Shown: positions 61,558-64,000 of the stretch, one piece after another
Position numbering within the stretch: the first letter of the stretch is position 1
Layout of the letters: the number at the start of each line of letters is the position of its first letter
NCBI RefSeq assembly: GCF_963921235.1
Contig: NC_086097.1
Location: 183,584,001 to 183,648,000, forward strand
Reading direction: 5' to 3'
DNA length: 64,000 bases
Source: Mobula hypostoma
Lineage: Eukaryota
The notes under the pieces: generated by a model
What the model saw: the letters and a program-made list of their open reading frames with translations, nothing else
Told to the model about the DNA's origin: nothing
Database searches by the model: none
Position numbers and translations under genes: made by a program

Positions 61558-64000
61558 TGATTATATCAGTCTGGTTTGCAAGCTTTCTTGAATTCAGTCA
61601 CAGTGCTGCCCACCGGTTTGATGCAGGACAATTAACAAAACCGCAGTGTGTTACATTTGGCTAATGCATATCAGAATGTCTCATGGTCACTTCACTTTCC
61701 AAACCATCATTTGTGCAGTTAACCCCTTGCTATGAGGGAGCTGTCTCCGTTCTGTAGACAGTACTGCTGGTTTGCAACATTGTTTTTTTAACATAAATTT
61801 GATTACTGCTTGCGATTTTCATCAAGAACCGAAGACTGGTTCTCATTTGAATTAATATCTGCTATATTCATATAATTCCATAACTCTAAATCCCTAACCT
61901 TCAGTATGTCAGTCGAGAAGAGGTTCATTTTTAACTCTGGCATGTCACTGCATCTTCAGTGGGGAAGCATCAATTTTGTTTAATAGTATAAGACAAGAGG
62001 TACCAATTCTATCATTTGAAGGCAATCAAAAAATAATGGGAGGGCAGAGTAGAGGCAGGGATTGATGATTGCCCTATTTTGGCAGGCATACACACCATAT
62101 ACTTAACGAAGCAAGGTGAACAAGTGTGTACAATATATATCCAGAATGTGGCACATTTGTCTTGGCTGGTTATTGGTGTGGGACTTCTGCTTCTTCATCT
62201 TCTTGGCCCTCTTCAGCACATTCCTGATTGAAAAGAAATGAGTGACTGAAATATCACTTATTTAGCACTGCCATCCAGTCAGTTATCTCTAGTGTATGAC
62301 GTCACTGCATCATCTCATCCTTGGTTTTGTTCATAAACTGAAGGACTTACACCTGCAAGCGACCACCTTGATTTGTCAACAATGGGCAGACAGGTAGGCT
62401 TCGAGAGTCTTTATTGCTTTCCTCGTTCTGTAAATTCTGCAGCAGGTGTTCTTGCAATGGTGTGAGGCATTCACGTCAGTTTTTCCTCAAACAATTTAGA
62501 AGATTTAAGCCCTATAATACATGGCCTGATTGCAGTCACCTTCCTGCAACTCTTCAATAACTCAGAGCCAATTAGTTTAGGTAAACCTTCTTTTTCAGCT
62601 GTGGCTGTGTGTCGAACAAGAATCCATTCTTGTTCAGACACACCACCTGAGTCCTGTGACCAGCTAATAGCACTGCTTCAAGGGCAAACACATCACAACA
62701 CCCTTCAATTCACATCAAATACCTTCCTCCTGAAAAAATGCATCTGTAGGCACGAAAGTCATTTAGCCAAAAATAAAGAGCAAAAGACTCTTTATTATAT
62801 AATGTTTTGAGCTCTTCACCATAATGCACTGCATGCACCCATTTTGTCATTGCTTTGGGTCATCCTTGCTCAAAATTGGTTATTTATTCAAGGCCCTTTG
62901 AAATTATCGAGTTGACACATCTGTCAGATTGCAAGAAGAGAAATGGTAAAAGGTCACTCGGAGAGATACCAGCTGCTACAGACAAACCTTTTTGCCTTCA
63001 AATAGCACAATCATTACAGTCTGACAGATGGGGCTTCCACTTTCCTTTCTATTGCTTCCCTTGACTCAGGTGATTAGATACAATACCTCATTGCCAGGTC
63101 AAGCTCTTCTGCAATTACCTGCACAATAAGGCACTCTGCTACTTGAGAATATAAATCATCTGTTTGGCAAAGGAGGACACTTTTGTCCTCACAATCGGAA
63201 TTTCTGTTCGTTCTTATGGGCTGGTAATAAATGTTTCTATCACTTTGGTGATTTCCAGCAGCTTACAGCAGCAGGCGAAAGTGTTGTATTTCACAGAGTC
63301 AAGATACTGTATTAATGAGATAGACTTCTGGCACACAGCCACTATAAGATTAACTACTTTAGGATTTATGTTTCATAAAGAATAACCTACAAATGTTTAA
63401 GTAAAGTTCTTTCTTTGAAGAAGGCCAATAACGTATTAGACAATCTATTTGTTCTTGTGACTTTATCAGGGTATTGAAGACTGACCTGAGACTCATGATG
63501 CCTATTCAAAAATCTATCGTAGACCGAGGAGGCTGATTCAGATCAAGGGATCGTAGTTATGGTGAAAGCTATAACGTAAGCCAATATTGTCAGCTACACC
63601 ATTATTACCTGATTAAAGCTTGTTTCTCAGGTATGAGAGTTTAATACAGAAATCACAAAGCTGCTGTCAGTTTCACTTTTCTTCTGTATTCTGCACTACT
63701 TTTGAGTTACCTCTGCCGTAATCAAGGAGAAGTGGTCACTTAGTGAGATATTCTGACAGCTGGAAAGGTGGGACATCAGGAGAGCTCGGACTTTTTTGGA
63801 AAAGTGTGGGAAGGCTGAAGGAACTGGACTAAGCATTGAATGCAACAATTTCAAATAATTAACTAGTCTGATAATTTGCAATTTCTAATTTCAGGTGATT
63901 TCAGATTTAGTTTCCTCCTACTTACACCTCTATAAATTATACTTTTTGTTAAACTCTATCACCTTGTATCAGCTGGTAGTACCATTGCCTGTGTTATTTA

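Noticed and set aside
60377..61656. Solo LTR split by Rex1
   Set aside because: TG...CA ends are possible, but the flanks (TTAG versus TTTG) do not give a clean TSD and no second copy is present.

Overview
Vertebrate genomic DNA, most likely from a cartilaginous fish (ray/shark-type CR1, Penelope, V-SINE and Rex1 repeats; this is an inference). It is an intergenic or intronic window made up largely of nested, decayed transposable elements. No host protein-coding gene could be recognised; one minus-strand candidate exon with strong splice sites is noted. Highlights: (1) an old, internally deleted endogenous retrovirus (5068-14902) with two LTRs, a 4-bp TSD, class-I pol remnants and a gamma-type env pseudogene, itself invaded by hAT, CR1 and L1 elements; (2) two copies of a ~0.55-kb non-coding RTE-type retroposon whose 5' end folds as an HDV-like self-cleaving ribozyme with an extra hairpin in L3; (3) minimal hammerhead ribozyme motifs in two Penelope families, with repeated 5' truncation at the hammerhead core and copied flanking DNA at insertion junctions; (4) a 57-bp minisatellite that arose inside a CR1 endonuclease domain; (5) mariner/Tc1 MITEs with internal TIR copies. 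Boundaries of decayed repeats are by-eye estimates unless a TSD or TIR is quoted.
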